From: an archaeon
GTDB lineage: Archaea; Methanobacteriota_B; Thermococci; Methanofastidiosales; NM3
Assembly (NCBI GenBank): GCA_004212155.1
Contig: RXIG01000004.1
Span: forward strand, 19,855-83,854
Direction: 5' to 3'
Length of the DNA: 64,000 nt
Shown here: positions 1 through 9,701 of the stretch, piece after piece
Layout of the letters: each line of letters starts with the position of its first letter
Position numbering within the stretch: the stretch's first letter is position 1
The notes under the pieces: model-generated
What the model was told of the DNA's origin: nothing
Databases searched by the model: none
Seen by the model: only the letters and a program-made list of their open reading frames with translations
Made by a program: the position numbers and the translations under genes

Positions 1-668
1 TGGTCGATGAAGACAAGCTATTCAATCTGCTCGGCAACGAGACGCGACGGATGATCCTTCGCATGCTCTCATCAGGCCCCTGCTATACGACGGAGATAGC
101 CGAGAAGCTCAACGTGGGGCAAAAAGCGATTAACGAGCACATGCGCCTTCTCCAGGAGGCGGGTCTTGTCGACCTTTACGTGCAAAAGCAGAGCCGTGGC
201 AGTCCGCGCAAGTACTTCAAGATCAACAAGAGCGTACGTCTCGAATTTTTCATTGGTCCGTACCGATTCGACACAAGCCTCGCCAAGCTCTTCGATGGCG
301 ATTTCAAAAAACTTTTCCTTGAGTTCCCTCAGCTCAAGGAGTTCGAGGAGAAGGTCAAGAAGTCGCGCCACATCAGGGAGATCAGCAAGCTCTCGCTCGT
401 CTTCGATTCGCTCAACGAGGAGCATGCAAAGATCACACAGGCAAAGGATTATATCGAGCACAAGATGGATCAGGTGCGACAACAGTGCATCTCCGTCTGC
501 GACCAGCTAGGTCTTGATGACACCGAAAAGCGCATCGTCCTCGAGATCGTGAGCGCCGGAGGCGTCGTTTCGACAAAGCAGTTGGCCGAGCGTCTCAACA
601 TCGAGGAGGATCGCGCCATCTCGGTGCTCTCCGTACTCGAAGACAAGGGCATACTCCTAACGCAGTGA
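1..668 (+). CDS. ArsR-family winged-helix transcriptional regulator (COG1777-like), 5' end at window edge
   Basis: Frame is open from nt 3 (VDEDKLFNLLGNETRRMIL...), so the start is probably (A)TG at the edge. ArsR-type LGNETRR..IL and HMRLLQEAGLV, PRKYF wing, then a coiled region and a second C-terminal HTH. Confidence 0.8.
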   Translation, partial: VDEDKLFNLLGNETRRMILRMLSSGPCYTTEIAEKLNVGQKAINEHMRLLQEAGLVDLYVQKQSRGSPRKYFKINKSVRLEFFIGPYRFDTSLAKLFDGDFKKLFLEFPQLKEFEEKVKKSRHIREISKLSLVFDSLNEEHAKITQAKDYIEHKMDQVRQQCISVCDQLGLDDTEKRIVLEIVSAGGVVSTKQLAERLNIEEDRAISVLSVLEDKGILLTQ

Positions 669-785
669 TCCCTTACCATTGCGTTGCCGTTTTTGGCACA
701 TACGGCTTCTTTTTTGTCCCAGATGCGATATAAAAAGGTTTATTAATATTGCCTTTTATCTTGGCAGTAAATCACTCAAGGTGTC

Positions 786-3452
786 ATGATGGATGCAAAG
801 ACATTGAAGGCCACGTTCAGGGAAAAGGCCTCAAAGGACTACAGGAAATACTTTGCGATCGACGTGCTCGAGGAGAAGGGATACCAGCGTTCACAGTGCA
901 AAAAGTGCGGGAAGTACTTCTGGTCGGTCGGTGAGCGAGACGTCTGCGGCGACCCCGACTGCGAAGGGGGGTACTCGTTCATTGACGACTCTCCTGCCCG
1001 TCCGATGGACTACATCGAAACGTGGAAGGAGTTCTCCGGAGCGTTTGATGGCATGGGGTACACCACCATACCCCGATATCCTGTGGTGGCGCGCTGGCGC
1101 GACGACACCGAATTCGTACAGGCATCCATCTACGACTTCCAACCGCATGTGGTCTCGGGGGCCGTCTCGCCACCTGCAAATCCCCTCGTCGTTCCGCAGT
1201 TTTGCCTTCGATTCAACGACACGGACAACGTGGGCGTGTCTGGCCGATCGTTTACCGGCTTTGTCATGATAGGCCAGCATGCGTTCACGAAAAAGGATGC
1301 CTTCGATCAGGAGAAGTACTTTCGCGACATCTACCGGTGGTTGACCGAGGGGATGGGAATACCTCGCTCAGAACTTGTCTTCCACGAGGACGGCTGGGCG
1401 GGCGGCGGCAACTTCGGCCCGTGTATGGAGTTTTTCTCCCGCGGCGTCGAGCTGGGCAATCAGGTATACATACTCTATGAGCTCACCCCTTCGGGGTCTC
1501 GCGAACTCGATCTCAAGGTGCTTGACATGGGGGCGGGCCAGGAGCGATTCACGTGGTATTCACAGGGATCGCGCACGATCTATGATCCCGTCTTCCCCAC
1601 CGTGCTTGACCATCTCTACGACCGATCTCCACATTCATACGACTTTGACCTGTTCACCACGTTCGCGCCGCACTCGGGCATGCTCAATGCCGACGAGAAC
1701 GAGGACATGCAGCAGACATGGGCGGATGTCGCATCACGCGTGGGCACCGACGTGACCACGCTAAGGGAAGCCGTGATGCCCATTGCCGCCACCTACTCCA
1801 TAGCAGACCATTCGCGTTCGCTCCTCTTTGCCCTGGCTGACGGTGCGCTTCCATCAAACGTCGGCGGGGGCTACAACCTCCGGGTGCTCTTCAGGCGTGC
1901 CCAGTACTTCATCGAGAAGTACGGCATCGACACGACGATGGGTGAGCTGTGCAGGCTTCATGCAGAGTACCTTGCCCCCGAGTTCCCTTTCAGCGAAGAG
2001 GCGCTCGATGACGTTGAACGCATCCTCAAGGTCGAGGAGGAAAAGTACGGCGTTGCGACAACCAAGGCGCGAAAGACCGTGCGTTCCCTGCTCGAGAAGA
2101 ACAAGGTTACAAACGACAAGCTCATTGAACTCTATGATTCACAGGGCGTCACGCCCGAGATGGTCTGTGAGCAGGCAGAACAGCTCGGTGTATCGGTATC
2201 GATACCGCCGGACTTCTACAATAAGGTGACCGAGCGACAGCAGACCTCGCGAAAGGAACCGAAAGAGAAGCGCGAGTTCAAGGCGTCGCTTCCCGGCACA
2301 CGCATGCTCTACTACGAATGCGAGGAGGACAACTCGTTTGATGCCACCGTCCTTTGGACCGAGGGCAACGACGTCGTCCTCGACAAGACGCTCTTTTACC
2401 CCGAGGGCGGTGGGCAGGCACATGACCTGGGCAGGATCAGCGGGATAGAGGTCGTTTCGGTCCAAAAGCATGGTGCCGTCATCGTCCATACGCTCGAACA
2501 CGACCCGCACTTCTCGGAAGGCGACATGGTAAAGGGCCATATCTACTCCGAACGCCGCCAGGCGCTCACGCGCCACCATACCGCCACACACATCATCAAT
2601 GCGGCGGCTCGCTCCGTGCTTGGCAATCATGTTTGGCAGGCAGGCGCCGAGAAGACGCCGTCCAAGGCACGTCTTGACATTACGCATTATGCAGGGCTTA
2701 CCGACGAGGAGTTCGAGCGCATCGAGCTCCTTGCCAACTCGTACGTCCTAAAGGACATTCCGGTGACCAAGACATTCATGGACCGAGACGAGGCGGAGAA
2801 ACGCTACGGTTTTCGCATCTACCAGGGCGGCGCCGTCCCGGGAAACGTGTTGCGCATCGTTGCCATCGACGACCTTGACGTCGAGGCGTGCGGTGGCACG
2901 CACTGTTCATCGACGGGCGAGATAGGTCCTATCAAGCTCATACGCTCCGAGAAGATACAAGACGGCATCGTTCGCCTCGAATACGCCGCGGGCCTCCAGG
3001 CGATACGCGTCATACAGGAACAGTCAAGGCTCGTACGCGATGCTGCGCACGTGTTCAGGGTAGAGCCTTCCCAGCTTGTTGGTGCAAGCGAACGGTTCTT
3101 CACCGAATGGAAGGAGCAGCGCAAGGAGATCGAGCGCCTCAAGGAAGAAGTGGCAAATATGAAGCGTTCGACACTTTCTTCCGCATTTGTTGAAAAGGAC
3201 GGATTGAGGCATTTAGTGGCCACCCTAGAGGGCGATCAGAACGTCTTGCGCAACACAGCGTTTTCCCTGTCAGGCGAGGACACCGTCGTCGTGCTCTCAA
3301 ACGGAAAGCTCCTCATGGTCGTCTGCGGCGCAAGGGCGCAGGAAAAGGGTTACAACGCCAACGAGGTCATCCGTTCTTACGGCAAGGGCGGAGGCAATGC
3401 GGAGTTCGCCCAAGGTGTGCTCACCGGGAAACTTCCAGAGAACGGGGCATGA
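786..3452 (+). CDS. alaS: Alanine--tRNA ligase (archaeal type)
   Basis: RYPVVARWRDD and ASIYDFQP motifs, N-terminal CxxC..C zinc site, editing-domain HHTATH and EACGGTHC, C-terminal GGG DHHA1-like end. Confidence 0.97.
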   Translation: MMDAKTLKATFREKASKDYRKYFAIDVLEEKGYQRSQCKKCGKYFWSVGERDVCGDPDCEGGYSFIDDSPARPMDYIETWKEFSGAFDGMGYTTIPRYPVVARWRDDTEFVQASIYDFQPHVVSGAVSPPANPLVVPQFCLRFNDTDNVGVSGRSFTGFVMIGQHAFTKKDAFDQEKYFRDIYRWLTEGMGIPRSELVFHEDGWAGGGNFGPCMEFFSRGVELGNQVYILYELTPSGSRELDLKVLDMGAGQERFTWYSQGSRTIYDPVFPTVLDHLYDRSPHSYDFDLFTTFAPHSGMLNADENEDMQQTWADVASRVGTDVTTLREAVMPIAATYSIADHSRSLLFALADGALPSNVGGGYNLRVLFRRAQYFIEKYGIDTTMGELCRLHAEYLAPEFPFSEEALDDVERILKVEEEKYGVATTKARKTVRSLLEKNKVTNDKLIELYDSQGVTPEMVCEQAEQLGVSVSIPPDFYNKVTERQQTSRKEPKEKREFKASLPGTRMLYYECEEDNSFDATVLWTEGNDVVLDKTLFYPEGGGQAHDLGRISGIEVVSVQKHGAVIVHTLEHDPHFSEGDMVKGHIYSERRQALTRHHTATHIINAAARSVLGNHVWQAGAEKTPSKARLDITHYAGLTDEEFERIELLANSYVLKDIPVTKTFMDRDEAEKRYGFRIYQGGAVPGNVLRIVAIDDLDVEACGGTHCSSTGEIGPIKLIRSEKIQDGIVRLEYAAGLQAIRVIQEQSRLVRDAAHVFRVEPSQLVGASERFFTEWKEQRKEIERLKEEVANMKRSTLSSAFVEKDGLRHLVATLEGDQNVLRNTAFSLSGEDTVVVLSNGKLLMVVCGARAQEKGYNANEVIRSYGKGGGNAEFAQGVLTGKLPENGA

Positions 3453-4206
3453 CACGCTTGTGGGCCGTATTGGTCATCCGTTTGTAAAGGGAACGGGCCA
3501 GCGGCTCGTTGCCCACCGTTTTTCCTGCCTGCGTGGGGCTCATGCGTTCGTCCACGATGAGCGAGAGTATTTTGTCGATCGCATCATAGCTCGCTCCGAG
3601 TTCGGCCTCGTCCGTCTGACCTGGATAGAGTCCGGCGCTTGGCGGTTTTTCCATGATGGCATCGGGAATGCCAAGGGCTGAACCGAGCCAGTATACTTCT
3701 GACTTCCACAACGCCCCTATAGGGTAGAGGTCTGCTGCGCTGTCCCCCCATTTTGTGGAGTATCCTATCAGCCATTCGGACCTGTTCGAGGTGCCGACCA
3801 CAAGGCGTTTTTCCATGTTGGCGCACAGGTAAAGATAGGTCATGCGCACGCGTGCCTTCACGTTGCCCAGGGCCATTTGCGAGATCGTCTCCTGGCGCGT
3901 GTAGTTGTCCTCCACTGCCTTCACGACACCGCCGATATCGATGACGGCATGTTGTATGCCAAGCTCCGTACAGAGGTCGACGGCATCCTGCGTGTCCTGT
4001 GGGGACGATTGGTCTCCCGCAGGCATGATGAGCGCGAGGGTGTCGACGCAGGGGGCGCACAGCGTTGCGACGACTGCGGAATCGATGCCTCCTGACACAC
4101 CGATGACAACGCCTGCGGCGTCTGCACTGGCAACGAAACCTTTGATCCTCTCTCGAAGCGACGCGATGGTGCCTTTGAGCTCACGTTCGCCCATCATAGG
4201 CATCAA
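3421..4206 (-). CDS. nadE: NH3-dependent NAD+ synthetase
   Basis: GVSGGIDS, GNVKARVRM, GYSTKWGD, KPPSAGL..GQTDE motifs. Confidence 0.95.
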   Translation of the reverse strand: MMPMMGERELKGTIASLRERIKGFVASADAAGVVIGVSGGIDSAVVATLCAPCVDTLALIMPAGDQSSPQDTQDAVDLCTELGIQHAVIDIGGVVKAVEDNYTRQETISQMALGNVKARVRMTYLYLCANMEKRLVVGTSNRSEWLIGYSTKWGDSAADLYPIGALWKSEVYWLGSALGIPDAIMEKPPSAGLYPGQTDEAELGASYDAIDKILSLIVDERMSPTQAGKTVGNEPLARSLYKRMTNTAHKRVMPRSLEVSR

Positions 4207-4820
4207 ATCACCTCAAAAAAGCTCCGAAAGATCGTTTCGATGTTGTTCTCAAACGATGGGCCGTGCCCGGGGCATATATGCTCGGCTTCGATGCCACGAA
4301 GCTTTTTGAAACTCATCTCCATGCTCTTAAAGCTCCCTGATGGAAGGTCGGTCCTTCCTATGCCGTTCATGAACCAGGTGTCGCCGCTAAAGAGGGTGCG
4401 CGTGGCCGTATCGAGCAGGCAAATGCTCCCAGACGTGTGGCCTGGTGTGTGCACAACCGTGAGCTCATGGTCACCAATGTCGACGACGTCGCCTTCCTTG
4501 AGCCTTCTGGCCACGGGAAATCCTTCAAATGATGATGTGAAATGGGAATACGCAGTCTTCATATCGCCCGTTTCGACAGCGTCTGCGTCGTCCTCGTGGA
4601 CGTAGATCTCCGTGTTCCAGTTCCCCCCGATATGGTCGTAATGGCAATGGGTGTTTATGATTACGTCGATCTCCCTCTCGGATCGTGCAATATACGTTGC
4701 GAGCGTGGGGTCGCCGGGAAGGCCCGGGTCGATGAGGATCGTACGGTCGCCTGTTATTACATACGAGTTCGAACTATACGATTGCGATATGATTTCATAT
4801 ATCATGGGCGGCACTACCAT
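4203..4820 (-). CDS. MBL-fold metallo-hydrolase (glyoxalase II-like)
   Basis: THCHYDH, HTPGHT, SGDT and PGHG motifs. Confidence 0.9.
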   Translation of the reverse strand: MVVPPMIYEIISQSYSSNSYVITGDRTILIDPGLPGDPTLATYIARSEREIDVIINTHCHYDHIGGNWNTEIYVHEDDADAVETGDMKTAYSHFTSSFEGFPVARRLKEGDVVDIGDHELTVVHTPGHTSGSICLLDTATRTLFSGDTWFMNGIGRTDLPSGSFKSMEMSFKKLRGIEAEHICPGHGPSFENNIETIFRSFFEVI

Positions 4821-4890
4821 CTCAATCTATAAAGATTTTATGACGTCCCATCCAAGGGCCGTGTGAGAAAAATAGGTAGTCCAAGCGCAC

Positions 4891-6765
4891 TTACCCGAGG
4901 TCTTCCTCAAGGAACGTGCGTACCTTGGATACGAGCTCGTCCTTGTGCTCGCCAGTAAATGCATAGTCGAACACCTCGGCGATGGTCCTGACGGTGCGTA
5001 TCGTGGCCTTTTCCTTGTGGCGCGCATCGAGCAGCACGTCATCCTTATTCGAACGGGGTACTATGATCTCCTTCATGCCCGCATCGATGGCGGCCTCGAT
5101 CTTTGCATTGACGCCGCCAATGGGCAGCACCTCGCCCCTAACGGAGAGAGAACCGGTCATCGCAACGTCCTGGCGGATCGGTATCTGTGTGAGTGCCGAT
5201 ATGACTGCGGTGGCGATCGATATCGATGCCGAATCGCCCTCGACGCCCTCATAGGCCTGGAGGAACTGTACGTGGATGTCGAAGTTTGATATGTCCTTGC
5301 CAATATACTTCTTTGCCAAGGCCGACACGTTTTGCACCGATTCCTTTGCGATATCGCCAAGCTTGCCAGCGGCAATGATCTTGCCTTCTTCCTTGCTTGC
5401 GGAAGGGGCGGCCTCCGCCTCGATCGTGGAGATGATGCCGCTGTCGCCCATCACCGCAAGGCCGTTGATGCGGCCAATGGCTTGTCCGGTATTACGTATG
5501 ATCTGGTACTGGCGCTTCTTCTCTATGTACTTGTCCGCTATCTGGTGCTCGAGCGTGCGCGCCTTGTGCTTTCCTTCGAGCACGTCCTCTACATCGACGA
5601 TGTCCTTGTCCTTGCGATTGGCGATGTCGCCGGCAGTGCGTATGAGACCTCCAAGCTCCCTGATGCGCATGGTGATATACCCCTTCCGCCCCGCGCGGCG
5701 CCGGGCCTCGTTGACGATCTCCTGGACAGCGTCGTAGGTGAAGTGGGGTATCTTGCCGTCCTTGTTGACCTCCTGTGCTACGACCTGCACAATCCGTCTT
5801 CTGTTCTCAAGTGTGTCTTTCATCGCATCGTTCATGTAGAGCTCATAACCGTATCCACGGATACGTGACCTGAGCGCTGGATGCATGTCGCGAACGGTCT
5901 CGATGTTTCCCGCCGCAATAAGCACAAAGTCGCATGGCGCCGATTCGGTGCGCACCATGGCGCCCGATGACATCTCGCTTTGTCCTGTGATGGAGTATTT
6001 GTTATCCTGAAGTGCTGTGAGTATCGCCTGCTGCATCTTGACCTGGAACGTTGATATCTCGTCAATGAAGAGTACGCCTTTATGTGCCCTATGTATCATA
6101 CCTGCCTCCACACGTTCATGTGGTGGTGTCCCAAGGCCGCCCGACTGGAACGGGTCATGTCGCACGTCGCCCAGGAGTGCGCCTGCATGTGCGCCGGTCC
6201 CGTCGACGTATGGTGAAGTCGTCTTTTCAGAATTATCGACTAGTAACTTTGGAACGAGCGCCCCTCCCTTCGAGCGGGTCATGTTCTGCATGAGAAAGAT
6301 GAGCAGCACTATAATGAGTATGCCTGTGAGGAGCTGGCCCGTGGTGAACGCAAGAAAGAGCACGATGGCTATAACGAAGAAGAGCACAATATATTTGGTG
6401 TTCTCCTGCTGATTGGCACGTTGCTTGTGGTGATTGACGATCGCCTTACCCTGACCTGCACGCACCGACCTGATTTTTGGGGTGTTGGGGTCTTCCTCGT
6501 TCGGGTAGCATATGATATCCTCGAGCTCCTTGCGTGGAAGGAGCTCGGCCATGGCCTGGCCCAGCATGGATTTGCCTGTGCCCGGATCACCGATGAGCAG
6601 CACGTTGCGGCGCTGCTTCGCAGCTATGCGGATCGTCTCGACGGCCTCATCCTGCCCTATGACCTGGTCAATGAGCATCTTGGGTATCTCAATTTCCTTG
6701 GTCGTCTCGAACGTGAATCCGATATCGTTCTCTTCGGGCATGGGGGGCTCTTTCTCGTCAGTCAT
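4891..6765 (-). CDS. lonB: Archaeal membrane-bound ATP-dependent protease LonB
   Basis: Walker A GDPGTGKS, two TM helices inserted in the AAA domain, GDVRHDPFQSGGL, catalytic EGDSAS and Lys in GGVNAKIEAA; no intein. Confidence 0.97.
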   Translation of the reverse strand: MTDEKEPPMPEENDIGFTFETTKEIEIPKMLIDQVIGQDEAVETIRIAAKQRRNVLLIGDPGTGKSMLGQAMAELLPRKELEDIICYPNEEDPNTPKIRSVRAGQGKAIVNHHKQRANQQENTKYIVLFFVIAIVLFLAFTTGQLLTGILIIVLLIFLMQNMTRSKGGALVPKLLVDNSEKTTSPYVDGTGAHAGALLGDVRHDPFQSGGLGTPPHERVEAGMIHRAHKGVLFIDEISTFQVKMQQAILTALQDNKYSITGQSEMSSGAMVRTESAPCDFVLIAAGNIETVRDMHPALRSRIRGYGYELYMNDAMKDTLENRRRIVQVVAQEVNKDGKIPHFTYDAVQEIVNEARRRAGRKGYITMRIRELGGLIRTAGDIANRKDKDIVDVEDVLEGKHKARTLEHQIADKYIEKKRQYQIIRNTGQAIGRINGLAVMGDSGIISTIEAEAAPSASKEEGKIIAAGKLGDIAKESVQNVSALAKKYIGKDISNFDIHVQFLQAYEGVEGDSASISIATAVISALTQIPIRQDVAMTGSLSVRGEVLPIGGVNAKIEAAIDAGMKEIIVPRSNKDDVLLDARHKEKATIRTVRTIAEVFDYAFTGEHKDELVSKVRTFLEEDLG

Positions 6766-7074
6766 GGGAATCTTGTTTAGACTACATATGGTTAATTTAT
6801 AAACGTATCGTCTTTTCAGCCCATGGCCATAAGGGGTACTCTTGCCCTATAATATCCATTTTTACATAACGAATTGGCAATACAAAAACCACATTCTATG
6901 CCCGCATCATGGGCGTGGCCCTGATAAAAAAGTGCCACGATGTCTGTGTCACACATCGTTTGTTGACGGTCTCGAAGCACAATGCCGCGTTACAGCCGTC
7001 ATGTCAACATGCTGTTTTGTCGCGGGTTGTCCGTTCAGCACCAGAGGATAGAAATGTTGGTGCCTACCGTGCCT

Positions 7075-8196
7075 TCAATTGTTAGAATTGTTGGAGAACT
7101 TTTCGTTGTAGAACTGGCGCAGCAATGCATCGTACTGATCATCGGGGATCTTGCGACGGAAGTATGATTCCATCTCCATCAGGATCCTGTCCTTGCTCTT
7201 GTAGCGCTTGATGAGCTCCCTCTGTATAGGATTTCGTTCCTTGAGGCGAGAGAGGAAGGAGAACTGTCCCTTAATGGAGCTCCAGAACGTCCACATGAAG
7301 ATGAGCGTCACCACCAAGAGCGCACCGATGATCTCAGCGTAATGAAGCATGGTCCATCGCGAGACCTCAGACTCCACGCTTCCATCATAGACCTTCTCGA
7401 ATATCGAGTTCACTTCAGCATCCGTTTTTCCCTGGACGTGCTGTATGTAGCGTGCTGAGCTCCATGTCGAGCTCTGGGACGTTCGCGTGCCATGGTAGAT
7501 GTCTGCAAGCGTTTCGATCGATGTCTGCTCGTAGAGGCGTTCATAGATCAGAAATGATTCTCTAAAATAGTAGGAGACCCTTTCAGGCTCGTCAGCGGCG
7601 TTGTCGGGCAGTTCATACCCATCAAGTGCGATCGTATCATCGAGTGCCGTATCACCGGTGAGGTATTCCCTGTACGCCGAGGCCTCGCTGTCGCGTCCTG
7701 CCTGCTCGAGTGCCCAGTAGGCGTTAAATGAGGATGTCCCCCAGTATACCCATTCAGGTAGATCAGAGTTGCCCCGGTATATCCACATCTTTGAAAGGCC
7801 CCACACGGTCGAATCGATGGGATAGTCCACTGCGACCGTAAGCTCATCAGATGACCTTCCGAGGGAGAAGGGGTAGTTGTTTTCCTCTGCCATGTCCGAT
7901 ATCCTAATCGTAATGGTGTCGTGTGGCGGGTCGTCGTCATAGGCCGCCCCGATGAAAGGCATGGTTTCTTCTACGAGCGTCATGGTCCTTTCAGCCCATT
8001 CCTTGTTGTCATCGCTGTAGAAGATGCGTACGCTTACATCGTCGCTTTGTATCTCAAGCGTCTTCTCGATGAACGGTTCGGAATCCTCGCTGAAAAAGTA
8101 TGCCATAACAGCAGAAATGGCCATATAAATGATAAGAAAAAGAAGAATTCGCTTTCCTAAACTTCTCGCCATTATGTATCTTGATGATGCATGCAT
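7075..8196 (-). CDS. Membrane protein with degenerate M1/MA metallopeptidase-like extracellular domain
   Basis: N- and C-terminal TM helices. Central spacing resembles gluzincins, but the HEXXH and EG positions read WGLSK and WG. Confidence 0.5.
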   Translation of the reverse strand: MHASSRYIMARSLGKRILLFLIIYMAISAVMAYFFSEDSEPFIEKTLEIQSDDVSVRIFYSDDNKEWAERTMTLVEETMPFIGAAYDDDPPHDTITIRISDMAEENNYPFSLGRSSDELTVAVDYPIDSTVWGLSKMWIYRGNSDLPEWVYWGTSSFNAYWALEQAGRDSEASAYREYLTGDTALDDTIALDGYELPDNAADEPERVSYYFRESFLIYERLYEQTSIETLADIYHGTRTSQSSTWSSARYIQHVQGKTDAEVNSIFEKVYDGSVESEVSRWTMLHYAEIIGALLVVTLIFMWTFWSSIKGQFSFLSRLKERNPIQRELIKRYKSKDRILMEMESYFRRKIPDDQYDALLRQFYNEKFSNNSNN

Positions 8197-8357
8197 TTAT
8201 AAAATGTTTGCATGCGTTACGGCCATGGGCCCTCTCGTGGCGGTAAGGTGAGATTCAACGCCACGGGGTAAACGTTTAATATATCTTTTAATATATTCAA
8301 GCATCATACGTTCTTCCAGGTAAAATTAGATAAAGAACAATACTAGGGGTTCACATC

Positions 8358-9701
8358 ATGAAGCTATTTGGTACCTCAGGCATACGCGGCTTCTACGGGA
8401 CCGAGGTGAATGAGGACCTTGCACTCAACGTTGGCAAGGCGATGGGCACACTCCTTGATGGCCCCGTAACGGTGGGGATGGACAGCAGATCCTCTGGAGA
8501 GGGCCTCAGGCACGCGCTCATCGCGGGTATCATATCACAGGGTAACGACGTCTATGACGTTGGTCTTGCACCAACCCCGACGGTAGGCATCGCGCTTCAA
8601 TCGTTCGGGTGCTGCGCAGGCGCCGTGATCACGGCCTCGCACAATCCGCCCGAGTATAATGGCATCAAAGTATGGGACCAAAAAGGGGTGGCATACCATT
8701 CCCTTGAGGCCGAGATCGAACGCGTCATCGACGAATCGTCGTATGGTCCATCGTCGTGGGATGGCCAGGGTAGAATACTCCTCGAGAGCGCTTCTGAGAT
8801 CCACATGTCGCGCATCGAAGAGACCATATCGCTTGAACATGAATTTCGTGTCGCACTCGATTGTGGCTGCGGAGCCGGCAGCGTCGTCTCACCTTACCTG
8901 CTTGAGAGGATGGGCATGAACGTCGTGTCGCTTAACTGCCAGCCTTCGGGACGGTTTCCTCGTGGGCTGGAACCGAGCTGCGAGAACCTGTCCGCACTCT
9001 CCCATGCTGTTCGCTCCTACGATTGCGATATAGGTATCGCCCACGATGGTGATGCTGACCGCATCGGTGCTGTGGATGAAAATGGTGAATTCATCGACTA
9101 CGATGTGCTCCTTGCCCTCATGGCACGCTATGAATGCGAGCAGTCCTCATCCACGAATCCCGTCATCGTCTCGACGGTCGACAGTTCCCTTTCACTTGAT
9201 ATGTATCTTTCTGACTGCAATGCGTCGGTCTACCGTACGAAGGTGGGCGATGTAGCCCTTGCCCAGGATATCGTCAAGCGCGATGCGGTGTTTGGCGGCG
9301 AGCCAAGCGGCACCTGGATATTCCCCTCCCAGTGGCTAACGCCTGACGGCATTCTGGCGGCCGTTAAGCTTCTTTCTATGAAGGATGACGGATACATGCT
9401 CGCAGATGAGCGAGAAAATGTGCCCTCCTTTTCCACGCTGAGAAAGAAAATCCCCCTCGCACGTATCGATAGGGATCGTTTCAGGTCGCTTTTACTCGAG
9501 GAACTCTCAACCGAGGAGTACGAGTCTCTCCTGACCATCGATGGCATACGCGTCGAGTACGAGGATGCATGGGCCCTTTACCGTTTCTCAGGCACCGAAC
9601 CGCTATTTCGGGTCACTGTCGAAGCCAGATCAGCCGATGAAGCACGCAAGCTGATGGAACGAGCTACCAACCATGTGGAGGGAGTATTACGAAAGCTGTG
9701 A
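8358..9701 (+). CDS. glmM: Phosphoglucosamine mutase / phosphohexomutase
   Basis: LFGTSGIRG, ITASHNP, HDGDADR, GGEPSG, RFSGTEP; directly upstream of glmU. Confidence 0.88.
   Translation: MKLFGTSGIRGFYGTEVNEDLALNVGKAMGTLLDGPVTVGMDSRSSGEGLRHALIAGIISQGNDVYDVGLAPTPTVGIALQSFGCCAGAVITASHNPPEYNGIKVWDQKGVAYHSLEAEIERVIDESSYGPSSWDGQGRILLESASEIHMSRIEETISLEHEFRVALDCGCGAGSVVSPYLLERMGMNVVSLNCQPSGRFPRGLEPSCENLSALSHAVRSYDCDIGIAHDGDADRIGAVDENGEFIDYDVLLALMARYECEQSSSTNPVIVSTVDSSLSLDMYLSDCNASVYRTKVGDVALAQDIVKRDAVFGGEPSGTWIFPSQWLTPDGILAAVKLLSMKDDGYMLADERENVPSFSTLRKKIPLARIDRDRFRSLLLEELSTEEYESLLTIDGIRVEYEDAWALYRFSGTEPLFRVTVEARSADEARKLMERATNHVEGVLRKL

Noticed and set aside
4891-6765. Possible intein in LonB
   Set aside because: The length (624 aa) and continuous motifs leave no room for an insertion.
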